Assembly: GCA_951406725.2 (NCBI GenBank)
Contig: OX597832.1
Location: 18,166,001 to 18,230,000, forward strand
DNA length: 64,000 bases
Direction of reading: 5' to 3'
Origin: Octopus vulgaris
Taxonomy: Eukaryota
The notes under the pieces are model-generated. The model was not told the origin of the DNA and made no database searches. It was given only the letters and a program-made list of their open reading frames with translations. Positions 1-11,614 of this stretch are shown here, piece after piece. How positions within the stretch are numbered: position 1 is the first letter of the stretch; every line of letters begins with the position of its first letter. The position numbers were made by a program, and so were the translations under genes.

Positions 1-103
1 TTCCTTTCTATCGAAGAGCGTAGGCTCGAAACATAAAAGTATTTCTCACCTCCCGAGTGTTAGACTAATACATCTGCTTGTTGTTTACACATTCGTCTTC
101 GTC
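1..103 (+). mobile_element. Short Penelope-like/retrozyme-like element, family C, with degenerate minimal hammerhead; truncated by window start
   Basis: CTTT-CTATCGA-A-GAGC-GTAG-GCTC-GAAA-CATA-AAAG at 4-39; downstream sequence matches copies at 13270-13462 (-) and 16960-17168 (+). Confidence 0.6.
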
Positions 104-104
104 A

Positions 105-516
105 TACTCTTTACTCTTTTACTTGTTTCAGTCATTTGACTGCAGCCATGCTGGAGCACTGCCTACAGTCGAGCAAATCGATCCCGGGACTTATTCTTTG
201 TAAGCCCAGTACTTATTCTATCAGTCTCTTTTGCCGAACCGCTAAGCGACTGGGACGTAAACACACCAGCATCGGTTGTCAAGCAATTCTAGGGGGACAA
301 ACACAGACACACAAACACACACACACCCACACACATATATATATACATATATACGACAGACTTCTTTCAGTTTCCGTCTACGAAATCCACTCACAAGGCA
401 TTGGTCGGCCTGGGGCTACAGCAGAAGACACTTGACCAAGATGCCACGCAGTGGGACTGAACCCGGAACCATGTGGTTTGTTAGCAAGCTACTTACCACA
501 CAGCCACTCCTGCGCC
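105..516 (-). mobile_element. Full-length tRNA-derived SINE, family 1 (OR-type octopus SINE; name tentative)
   Basis: Minus strand starts GGCGCAGGAGTGGCTGTGTGG (A box), GGTTCCGGGTTCAGTCCC (B box), internal TA/GT microsatellite, 3' (AAAGAGT)n tail; matches 42353-43052 and 63440-63911. Confidence 0.9.
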
Positions 517-530
517 TATATATATAATAT

Positions 531-795
531 GTGACAATACCTATGATAAATCTCCGAGTTTCGGATGTCGGGGCGGAAACCCATCTCTTCAGTTATCGGC
601 CATCGAAATAAATGCTATTTTTCTATAATCCGATAATTGAAGAGATGGCGGCGTGGGTTTTCGATCCGATATACGAAACTCGGAATTTATCATAGCTACC
701 GAAAAATTGTCGCGTATTATATTTACAGATAAATTCCTCTATTTACATAATATCGAGGTCTATTTCGTTGTCTTGCCATTTCTTTCAATATAAAT
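531..795. mobile_element. Fold-back element, family A, hammerhead-like motif in each arm
   Basis: Inverted arms 541-599 and 630-695; minus arm reads GATAA-CTGAAGA-GATG...CATC-C-GAAACTCGGAGAT-TTATC; homologous to 2986-3305 and 42561-42776; flanked by TA/GT repeats. Confidence 0.75.
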
Positions 796-796
796 C

Positions 797-864
<68 letters not shown>

Positions 865-1700
865 TGTGTGTGTGTGTGTGTGTATAGCGAGAGAGAGAAA
901 GAGAGAGCGAGAGCTAGATAGATTGATAGATAGATAGATAGATAGATTGATTGATATAGATATCTTATTCCACGCACATACAAATGAAATATGCATTGAA
1001 GTTTCTTTACCTAACGTAGAATCTGCAAGAAATATCTTTATGCGAGATATAGCTCTCTCGTCTTCAAAATTCATGTCGATTTCGGCATATCGCAAATCTT
1101 TCAATCATTCAAGATCTATATCAAAGTCTGTTTCGCTTCTCAGTCTTATTGTTTACCCAGAATGCGGCAGCGAGGATTTAATTAATTTTCTCGGACGCAA
1201 CGTTAGCACCTGCGCTCACTTGTTAATCACTGTCACCTACGGCGGGTTTCACCTGTCATAACTATCTGTTTGTAGGCTTTACTCGGTTCTCTAGGATGTA
1301 GACCAATCTCGGGTATGAAATTGCGGGAAGCTGAATAACATCACTTCATCGGTGCTGTATTGACCAATTACTGATATTTAGATCTGTTTAGCTGGTTAGA
1401 AAATTCGATTTTGTTCAACCAGTGTACTGTACGTAAAATGACCATGATTATTTGTTTACATACATACATACATACATACAAGATTCAAAGCTCCAAGTGC
1501 CCCGTTCTTGTTTTTTGCATCGTCTGTCCGAATGTTTTTTGGCACCTGTTATTTTCTTGTTCCTTTTTTGTCTGGGATACAGTAAAAATTATTAATACAA
1601 GTAATAAGAGAGAGACCACATGTGGTCACTCTAACGCTAGAAATAGATTCGCAAAGGGAATCCACCACTAAAGAATTGTTCTCAAGCATTAATTCAACCA

Positions 1701-1930
1701 ATTTCTTTACTACCCACAAGGGGCTAAACACAGAGAGGACAAACAAGGACAGACAAACTGATTAAGTCGATTATATCGACCCCAATTAATAACTGGTACT
1801 TAATTTATCGACCCCGAAAGGATGAAAGGCAAAGTCGAACACGGCGGGCTTTGAACTCAGAACGTAACGGCAGACGAAATACGGCTACGCATTTTGCCCG
1901 GCGTGCTAACGATTCTGCTAGCTCACCACC
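1701..1930 (-). mobile_element. Full-length SINE, family 2 (Nin-like central domain, OK-type; name tentative)
   Basis: Head GGTGGTGAGCTAGCAGAATCGTTAGC, B-box-like GAGTTCAAA, body GACTTTGCCTTTCATCCTTTCGGGGTCGATAAA; 18-bp TSD CAAGCATTAATTCAACCA at 1683-1700 and 1939-1956. Confidence 0.9.
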
Positions 1931-2274
1931 CTTTAATCCAAGCATTAATTCAACCATGTGGTCTCTCTCTTATTACTTGTATTAATAATTTTTACTGTAT
2001 CCCAGTTTTTTTTCGCTAGGCCACTTGGTGTTTTAAATTTATGTTATTAATTAATATTCAATTTTTTTTCACTCTTATTGTGATTTTAATTATAAATTAA
2101 TATGTTCTCAAACCGGCAGTAAATTACTGGGGTAGTATCTACATCCGGTATTTTCAACGCGCCAAGAGTGAGGATAATTGAACGTAACTGCAAATATAAT
2201 CGGCTGTGCCGTTCGCCTTTGCTCGGCTTCGTATGGATTTTGGTGTTCGGTTCAGCAAATTATATTTTTGATAT

Positions 2275-2350
2275 ACTCTACTGAGGATTCGAAAATGATT
2301 ATGTAAGTAAAATTACTCAATCTATTAACGATGAAACAATTGTATAGAGT
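2275..2350 (+). ncRNA. Type I hammerhead ribozyme motif, intact core
   Basis: Stem I ACTCTA/TAGAGT (6 bp), CTGAGGA 2281-2287, stem II TTCG/CGAT, GAAA 2333-2336, palindromic stem III ACAATTGT, cleavage triplet GTA ending at 2344. Confidence 0.8.
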
Positions 2351-2739
2351 TAATCTATTTTTTTCCTTATTTTTCATTTGTCCTGCCCGCTTACATTCTT
2401 GTCGTGTTGAATTCATGCTTGAGAACAATTCTTTAGTGGTGGATTTCCTTTGCGGATCTATTTCTAGGGTTAGAGTGACCACACGTGGTCTCTCTCTTAT
2501 CACTTGTATTAATATATATATATATATATATATACATTCATAAATTTTGAATGACTATTTTACTTTTACGTTTAGCACCCATAACAATTTCTTAGTTTTT
2601 TCCACTATTACTTTTCTCGCCCCCACAGTCTCTCACATTTCTTGGCCCCCCTTCACTCTCATCACTTTCCCTCACCCTTTATCTCACACTGTTTTCGTGT
2701 GCATTCGCTTGCTTTCTTCTAAAGAATTTCATGCCCTTA

Positions 2740-2930
2740 GCTTAGATTTTTCTGATTGTAGTAGTCTCTAGAGTAACTGACGGAAACTGTAACGACGATC
2801 TGGTACTCGACTGAAGAGTGAAAACTCCGAAATTCCCGTCCTTGTTTTTCTCTGTTTTTATCTTTTTTTGTATGGTCTTACTGTCCAAGTGTTTTGCTTT
2901 CGCCTGTAACATTCTTCCATTTTTTGTTTT
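2740..2930 (+). mobile_element. Short interspersed repeat, family D (probably Penelope-derived terminus)
   Basis: CTTAGATTTT...GATCTGGTACTCGACTGAAGA...CCCGTCCTTGTTTTT shared with 39780-40015 and partly with 1481-1570; followed by TA/GT microsatellite. Confidence 0.5.
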
Positions 2931-2931
2931 G

Positions 2932-2975
<44 letters not shown>

Positions 2976-2985
2976 CATTAATAGC

Positions 2986-3300
2986 AATGGTAAGACAACA
3001 CAGGAATGAAAGAGATCTCGATATTATGTAAATAGTGGATCTTATTTGTAAAATAGTATGCGACAATAATTCTGTTGACATGATAAAACTCCGAACTTCG
3101 TATGTCGGAGCGGAAATCCGCACCAGCATCTCTTCAGTCATCGAGGCAATTAAAATATGCCAAACGATCTGTAAGTTTCTAAATAGATAGCATATATTAA
3201 TTGCCTCGATGATTCAATAGATGTCGGTGCAAGTTTCCGCCTCGACACCCAAAACTCAGAGTTTTATCATGGCAACCGAATAATTGCCACATATTATATT

Positions 3301-3305
<5 letters not shown>
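2986..3305. mobile_element. Fold-back element, family A
   Basis: Inverted arms about 3045-3160 and 3190-3305; minus arm GATGA-CTGAAGA-GATG...CATAC-GAAG-TTCGGAGTT-TTATC; between GT and TA microsatellites. Confidence 0.75.
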
Positions 3306-3374
<69 letters not shown>

Positions 3375-3555
3375 TTAACGTCAATGAAAATGGAGGACAG
3401 ATGTCCTCTGCGAAACTATCGTAAGGTTGAGCACTACTGCTTTTAATTGGACTTTAATAGCGAGTGCTTGCAACCTAATATTTCAAATGAATGTTTTATG
3501 TATTTTGTATTTCAACGATAAATAAATTTGATCTGTCTTCCACTTTGATTTAAGT

Positions 3556-3609
<54 letters not shown>

Positions 3610-4044
3610 CATCCATGTATGAGCCTGCGCTCGTGTTTATTTAGAAGAATAAAGGAGAGAACCGTAATTACTCAATAGCTGAGATCTAAACGTTTCACGT
3701 AGCTGGGATGATAAGAAAAGTGAAGGAGAAAAATTGCCTCCAAACGTGAATTAATTATAAAGATATATCAACCCGAATATCGGTCAAATTATTGAGGAAC
3801 GGTTGCAAACCCATATATCTAATTGATTTATATTGCATATTTTAAATCATATATATTATATATTCATAAATATAACTGAAAACAAAGCGACCACCATTCA
3901 GTAAGTATCAAAGGGACGAAGACCATTAAATATAAGACAAAAACAACACGCCGAATTGGGCCTAACGCTGTTACTGCCCGCAGAAAACAGGACGGAATGC
4001 ATTAACGCTTCTCCAAGCTTCTGGTAAAGCCATACATATATATA

Positions 4045-4117
<73 letters not shown>

Positions 4118-4294
4118 TACATATATATATGTATATATATTCATTTGTTATGTTTATTTTCTATGAATTTCAGATTCGCCCTACAAATAAGTTTCATATG
4201 AAACAATAGCTCTAACCATCCCTGTTATGTATACTTGAATAATCACACACACTCACTAAATATTAACATGTATCCTTATTTGATCAAATAAACT

Positions 4295-4372
<78 letters not shown>

Positions 4373-4384
4373 CCTATACATATA

Positions 4385-5040
4385 AAAGACAAAGCAGTAA
4401 AAAAACCTACAGAAGACTTGTGTTATATGTTTAAAGAATGTATTTAAATCGTTATATTCGAAAAATATAATATTTTGTGTATAGTAACATTGTTTTTTGA
4501 GAAATAACCGGTTTCGTATTTTCTTTTAAAATTTCTCAAATTTCATTATCGATATTGTGTCATCTCTTCGCTATAAGTGAAGTTTGACCGTTCTAGACAG
4601 GCGAAGGTAATCAGGGATTTTTTCGGTATAAGGGTGATAATCAAAAATGTTGGGAATGACTAGGTTTAATTAATTTTAAAAGATTTGGTTTAGAATGAAT
4701 AGGATGTTACATTTGGCAAGCTTTTACTTTGTATTATTTTCAATGAGGTAAGTTACCTTATTTAAAATTGCTAGAATTGGTTAAGTTTTGGCTTATATTT
4801 TTCAGTTAAGTAAGTTTCCTTACTTAATCTAACTTGTGTTAGTGTTCCAATGGTATAATGATAAAATGCAAAGTTTAGAAATTATGGTAACAGTTTCATT
4901 AAAGGTCATCATTCTGTATTCTAGGAATAAAATCTCTTGTCGGTGGAGAGTGCATCTGCGTCTGAGCGATTTTCCCGTTATCCTATGGAGTTTCGTTTTC
5001 TGAGCGTATCTTGCGATACTGCTTTGAAAAGACTCACACT
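4385..5040 (-). mobile_element. Penelope-like element 3' end: decayed GIY-YIG endonuclease plus terminal region
   Basis: Manual minus-strand translation gives IG/TGKSLRRRCTLHRQEILFLEYR (about 4990-4910) and RLSKETYLTEKYKPKLNQF* (4830-4771); hammerhead-like motif downstream at 4501-4544. Confidence 0.75.
4501..4544 (-). ncRNA. Degenerate type I hammerhead motif
   Basis: GAAAT-TTGAGAA-ATTTT-AAAAG-AAAAT-AC-GAAAC-CG-GTT-ATTTC: stem I GAAAT/ATTTC, palindrome ACCGGT; two substitutions in the CTGAnGA box. Confidence 0.55.
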
Positions 5041-5339
5041 GTAATATTATATTTTATATATTTATTTTATCACAGTATGATATTTCGTTAGAACAAGATT
5101 CCAACCATCGTTCCAGGGACTCTCTGTCCAGCAACAGAATGCGATGTGCCATAAGACTTTGAATTTACACAGTGGGGTTCAAGATCCAAATATTGGCCGA
5201 AAGCACTTTTTACCAATAACCTCTGCAGCAGAAGCTTGTCTGCTGACAACGCGCTCGGAGATGACAACGATGGTGATGGCAATCTTTATGATGATGAGGT
5301 AGATGATTGTTATAATGGTGATGCTAAAGGTAATAATGT

Positions 5340-7061
5340 TTTCTAATATTGGCACAAGACCAGAAGTTTAGAGGGGGCAATTCGATTATAGTGCCTCTAG
5401 TTCTTAACTGGTATATTCATTTACGCGACCACGAAGAAATGGAAAACCGAGTTGACTTCAGCGGGATTATAACATCAGAAACCCCACAAGAAATACCTAT
5501 TTCTTTATTACCCACAAGGGGCTAAAGACAGAGGGGACAAACAAGGACAGACATAGGTATTAAGTCGATTACATCGACCCCAGTGCGTAACTGGTACTTA
5601 ATTTATCGACCCCGAAAGGATGAAAGGCAAAATCGACCTCGGCGGAATTTGAACTCAGAACGTAACGACAGACGAAATACGGCTACGCATTTCGCCCGGC
5701 GTGCTAACGTTTCTGCCAGCGCGCCGCCTAAGAAACCCCACAAGAAATGCCGTTATATTTATCTGAGGTTCTGCAATCGCGCCGCATTAACATTAATAAA
5801 GATTTCTAGGTGGTGGCAAGTCGATTATTTCGATCCTAGTCTTCATTGATACTTATTCTCTGCAGAATTTGAACTTGCAACGAAATGAACTGGAATAAAT
5901 GACTCTAAGAGTTTTCTCAGATGAGTTTCTGACGCCAACACCTTGATGTTTTATCGGGACATTTATTTTCTTTGGCACAAGGAGTAAAGTTTGGGGATTG
6001 GCACCTAGTTGATTGCATTGACCTCAGTGCTAAGCGGGTACTTTGGAGGTCAAACAAGCAGAAATGGTAAAAGACCCCGAAATGGTAAAAGATAGAGTGG
6101 ACTTCGGAATTTGAAATTCGGTTGTAAAGCTTATTCTATCAGCTTTCCTCCTTAATAATAACAACTAAAATAACAAAAAAACAAAGACAATAATAATTAT
6201 TTCTACGATAACTGAAGGGGAAGGGTGCACGCCGATTGCAGGGGGAAACAAGTCGATTACATCGACCCAAGTACGTAGCTGGTATTTATTTCACCGAAAG
6301 GAGGAAAGATCGTACAATTATTCTGTAAGCTGTCCGCATTAGTGATTACAACAACAGCATCGATAACAACAACAATAATAATAAGTTCTACTATAGGCAC
6401 AAGGCCTGAAGGTTTTTGGGGAAAGGACTAGTCTATTACATCAAATCCAGTACATAGCTGATACTTAATTTATCGATCCGGAAAGGATGAAAGGCAAAGG
6501 CGATATAGTCGAAATTTGAACTCAGAACAGCAACAGTCGAGATACCGTTAAGCACATCCACCAGAGTGCTAAAGATTCTGCCAGCTTGAAGCCTTCTGCA
6601 ATAATAATAATAATGGTTCCAAATTTTTCCTCAAGCACAGTAATTTATGGGGAGGGGATGAATCGATTAAATCGATTCCAGGGTTAAACTGGTGCTTATT
6701 TTAGCAACTCCAAAAGGATAAACGGCAACGTCGACCTCGGAGGAATTTCAGCTCAGAACGGAGCTACAAGTGAAATACCGTTAAACCTTTAGCCCGGCGT
6801 ATTAACGATTTTGCCAGCTCACTGCCATGCATAATAACTATTGTAAGCTTTCCTACTAAAAGCGCAAGAGCTGAAATTTTGGGAGAGGGGACTAGTCGAT
6901 TTCATCTACACCACTGTTTCTCTGGTATTTAATTTGTAGTTACCGAAAAGATGAAAGGCGAAGATAACGTCGGTGGAATTTGAACTCAGATCGAAGCGAT
7001 GGGCGAAATACCGTTAAATATTTCAACCAGCGCGCTAACGATTGTGCCAGCTCCCCGCCTT
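5340..7061 (-). mobile_element. Same-orientation array of about 8 family 2 SINE copies of mixed age, separated by (AAT)n
   Basis: Recurring GGCACAAGG...GTCGATTACATCGACCC...CTGGTACTTA...GAAAGG...GGAATTTGAACTCAGA blocks near 5350, 5500, 5815, 5975, 6250, 6390, 6620 and 6855. Confidence 0.8.
5498..5728 (-). mobile_element. Young full-length family 2 SINE nested in an older copy
   Basis: Near-consensus sequence; 21-bp TSD AGAAACCCCACAAGAAAT(A/G)CC at 5477-5497 and 5731-5751. Confidence 0.9.
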
Positions 7062-7065
7062 CCAC

Positions 7066-7103
7066 AATAATAATAATAATAATAATAATAATCATCATCA
7101 TAT

Positions 7104-7135
<32 letters not shown>

Positions 7136-7567
7136 GTGGTGTTGATGATGATGATGTTGATGATGGTGTTCATGGTGATGGTGATGGTGATGGTGATGGT
7201 AATGATGATGATGATGATGATGATGATGGTGATGATGGTGATGGTGATGATGATGGTGATGATGATGATGATGATGATGGTAATGATGATGATGATGATG
7301 ATCATCATCATCATCATGGTGATGGTGATGGTGATGATGATGGTGATGGTGATGATGGTGATGATGATGATGATGGTGATGGTGATGGTGATGGAGATGG
7401 TGATGGTGGGGATGGTGATGATGGTGTTGGTGATGGTGATGGTGATGGTGATGATGATGACGATGGTGATGGTGATGATGGTGATGCTGATGCTGATGCT
7501 GATGGTGATGGTGATGATGGTGATGGTGGTGATGAAGAAGACGACGACGACGACGATGATGATGATG
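7066..7567. repeat. Compound trinucleotide microsatellite (AAT)n/(GAT)n/(GATGGT)n
   Basis: Directly visible; source of the poly-D/G, poly-M/V and poly-H ORFs. Confidence 0.95.
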
Positions 7568-8018
7568 AAGAATTCGGCGCAACAATTGAAACTGAAATCA
7601 ATAGAGAAATTGCATAATAAGTTTGTATGGACGAATACATAATAAATTTGTATGGACGAATATTACTAAAATACTATACTATAGCAACAGTAACCACAAG
7701 ACCCATTTCAGGATTTCAGGCCAAAAAAATCTGTCCACAAGAAGTTTTAACAATCAATGATTCATTAAATAAAATATACACTTCGACACCCGCTTGAAAT
7801 TGAATAAATTCTGAAATTGGTAAAGTTAAAATAGAACACAATGCAGCAAGAAAACCAAATGAAGTTGAATAAATTCTGAGAGAATATTGACCAGCGGACG
7901 AATCTCTAGAGACAATGTTACCAGAAACAATGGTCACAGAAAATGAAAAATCTTGGAGGAAATAACAAATAAATGAGTGAATCAAAAAGATAAAATAAAA
8001 TAATCTAGAAACAACAAA

Positions 8019-8388
8019 TCTTTCTATATATAAACAGCAGTTTGTCTGTCTGTCTGTTAGGTTGTACCCTAACCCTGACCACGGCTTTCAACCAATCTGA
8101 TGAAACTTGACACACACATAGCCCAATGTCATAATTCAAAACTAACGCAGCGAAAATTTTGAAAAGTTCCCCCGGTTCTGAAAAAAATCGATAAATTCGA
8201 CATGGGGTCGAGAATCAGAAACACAAACCACAGACTGTCTAGGGGACGCAACTCGACCTTTTTAACTCTCAAAAAAACTTACCATAATTTTTTATCCATT
8301 TTTTTGCTATTTTTTGGCTATAACTCTCTAAAAATGCTTTATAGATATTTCCCTTACAAACCCGAGCAACGCCGGGCGATACTGCTAG
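8019..8388 (+). mobile_element. Non-autonomous Helitron
   Basis: 5' A|TC, (GTCT)n near the 5' end, subterminal hairpin CCCGAGCAACGCCGGG 8361-8376, 3' CTAG|T, no TSD. Confidence 0.85.
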
Positions 8389-8497
8389 TGTAATATAAAT
8401 GAGAGGCAACGGGAAATGACAACATCCCAGGCTTGAAGTTGAAATATGTAATACAGAAGCATGAGCCACGAGCGTAAAGAATTTTAATAAAATTGAA

Positions 8498-9047
8498 GGA
8501 TCTTTACCTTTTGACGTACAAATTTAAAAAATAATTTTTTGTAACTAAACACATTCAAACGTCGGACACTGATAGAATGTGTCATATAAAATATGCTTTA
8601 CTCTTACCATTTTTTGAGAAAGACTTATAATTACGAAGTAATTTCACGTTAAAGTAACTTATGACAACCCTAACCCTAATCCTGAAACCCTAACCCTACC
8701 CATAAAACCGTAACCATAAAACCCTAACCTTAAAACCCTAAGCTAAAACCAGTAAAAACGCATGAGCGATGTCATAAATAACAGTGACAAACGAAAAATA
8801 CACCGCCGATAGTTATTGTTGACAAACAACGGCAGAAATTTTATTCAGCTGAATACACGTCATTGATTGGTTGAAATTACCGAAATAGGCATACTTTAAC
8901 GTGAAATTACTTCGTAAATATGTTTTTCTCAAAAACGCTAAGAGTAAAATATGTTTCATATGACACATTCTACCAGCGTCCGAAATTTGAAAGTGTTTAG
9001 TTACAAAAAATTATTTTTTAAATCTGTACGTCAAAAGGTAAATATCC
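8498..9047. mobile_element. MITE with about 155-bp terminal inverted repeats and a CCCTAA-rich interior
   Basis: Left GGATCTTTACCTTTTGACGTACA... (8498-8656) is the reverse complement of 8893-9047 (...TGTACGTCAAAAGGTAAATATCC); TSD unclear, so superfamily not assigned. Confidence 0.9.
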
Positions 9048-9900
9048 TAACAGAGTAAGCATTAAAAATAAAACTTGACTAGCACAGTGCGGGAAAGCTT
9101 ATATAAATCGCAACTATTTGAAAAACGAGTAAATACTAAAATTCTAGGAACCCATTAGAGCCGAAATTATAACTTAGATTCTTCAACTGTAAAACTATCA
9201 CAACGGTTAAGGATACATCTGGAAGGACAAGACAAAAACAATTGGGGGAAGAAAACCATTCTGCATCTTTCTGAGCAGAAAAGATGTTTCAAAGCTCATA
9301 GCAAAATTGTGGATTAGGAGTTTTAATAAGGGCAATGACGAGTGTGAGGTACACCTGATGTGAATACAATAATACATCCTAAACGTGGGTGATGGAATCA
9401 TAGTCCCAGACAAAGATAATACCTTGCACATGTCAATACATTAAAATGCGTTAAAATAAATGGTAAATAGTTCTTTGGCTGGAGTGTTTGTATTAAGCGA
9501 TGGCGAGTGTGGAAACATGGCTGTTCAACTCGTTTCGTACGGACGCTGGTGTTCCTGCCATTGTTCTTCTGCTGCTGTGGTTGTTGTGGTTGTTGATGAC
9601 GACGACGGTGACGACGATAGTGATGATGATGATCATTATGATGAGGTGGAGGAGGAGGAGGACGACGACGACGATGAGGATAAGGATGATGTTGGTAACT
9701 AAGACGATGATGGTGCTGGCGATGATGATGATCACCATCAGGATGGAAACAATGCAGGTGTTAATGGGTGTAGAGGGAGGTGGGGGTGAAGGTAGTGAAT
9801 GTGGTGTTGGCGATGATGTGGAAATCGGTCGCTCTTTAAATGATTATAATGGAACCTGGTAGAGAGTTTTCTTTGTCTGCCGATACAATAGGAGGTTTTT

Positions 9901-10515
<615 letters not shown>

Positions 10516-11221
10516 AAAAACAAAGCAGATAAATAATATATACAAAAACAAAATGAATTTTATTTTTTCTGGCCGGTCACTCAGTACATTATATTATTCT
10601 CGTTTCTCCAAATGCATCATGGAAGTAATACCAACAACAAAAACAGCAACAATAATAATAATAATTATTATTATTATAATTATAATAACTATAAAAATAG
10701 TATTATTATTATTAGTATTAGTAGCATCATCATCCTCATCATCACCATCATCACCAGCAGCAGCAGCAGTAGTAGTACTAATAGTGGTGGTAGTGGTGGT
10801 GGTTTTGGACCTGGTTGTAGAGATTTTGGTAGTATTGAGTAGTATTTTTTTATTACTAAGCGTAAGAATGACTGTTATAGCGTCGATCCGTCAAAAAAAA
10901 AAAAAAAACAAGCTGTAGTACTTGCATTTTTTTACGAACTTAGTTTAAAACTAATCTCAATTTTGAGCACTTTTTTCCTTCCATCCAAGTAAATAAAAAA
11001 TTGTATTAATGAAGTACTTAGAGCAACTTAAAGAATTGCCGCTCGATTCGAGAAACGAACACATGGTATCCCGATCTTGTACCACAATACCCAACTTCTA
11101 AGCCACACATCTTATCACAAAATAACTAAGGTACCCGTCTAGGAATGTAGGAGATTCCAGTTAATAAGGACTAGCCTTAGGGTTTGTGTCCATGATCGAA
11201 GTTAATATGATTAGTATAGTT

Positions 11222-11415
11222 CGACGAGCTAACACAATCGTTAGCACGCTAAACAAAATACTTTGCGCCATTTCGTTAGTTCAATCATCGCCGAGGTCAA
11301 CTTACCCTTTCGCTATTCCACGGTCGATAAAATAAGAACTAATTGAACATTCGGGTCGATTGATCGACTAAACATCACCCTCTGAATTTCAGCCCCTGCG
11401 CCTATAGCAGAAAAG
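11222..11415 (+). mobile_element. Old family 2 SINE with the alternative tail
   Basis: CGACGAGCTAACACAATCGTTAGCACGC head, GCCGAGGTCAACTT, GGTCGATAAAATAAG, tail TTTCAGCCCCTGCGCCTATAGCAGAAA. Confidence 0.7.
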
Positions 11416-11553
11416 CATTACAAGCTACGCTTGTAACGTTATATTGATGAACAAAAATTCCTTAAACTATTTTGCCGATTCCGAATATTCTGAGTACAAA
11501 GTCCCACGGCGGTCTCTGACTAGGTTTCTCTTACTTTCTGTGTTCTTCTTACA

Positions 11554-11614
<61 letters not shown>

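Larger units (their letters stand above)
1575..2512. mobile_element. Penelope-like terminal region with inverted duplication, interrupted by a SINE
   Basis: 1588-1698 is the reverse complement of 2406-2512; 1957-2003 is the reverse complement of 1575-1620; hammerhead at 2275-2350; ends in (TA)n. Confidence 0.7.

Noticed and set aside
2805-2840. CTGAAGA-GTGAAAACTCC-GAAA hammerhead candidate in family D
   Set aside because: No closing stem I or NTH-flanking pairing found, and the copy near 39926 lacks GAAA.
6940-7642. ORFs of 108-220 aa rich in M/V, H, D/G and S/P
   Set aside because: Trinucleotide microsatellite open in many frames on both strands; no domain content.
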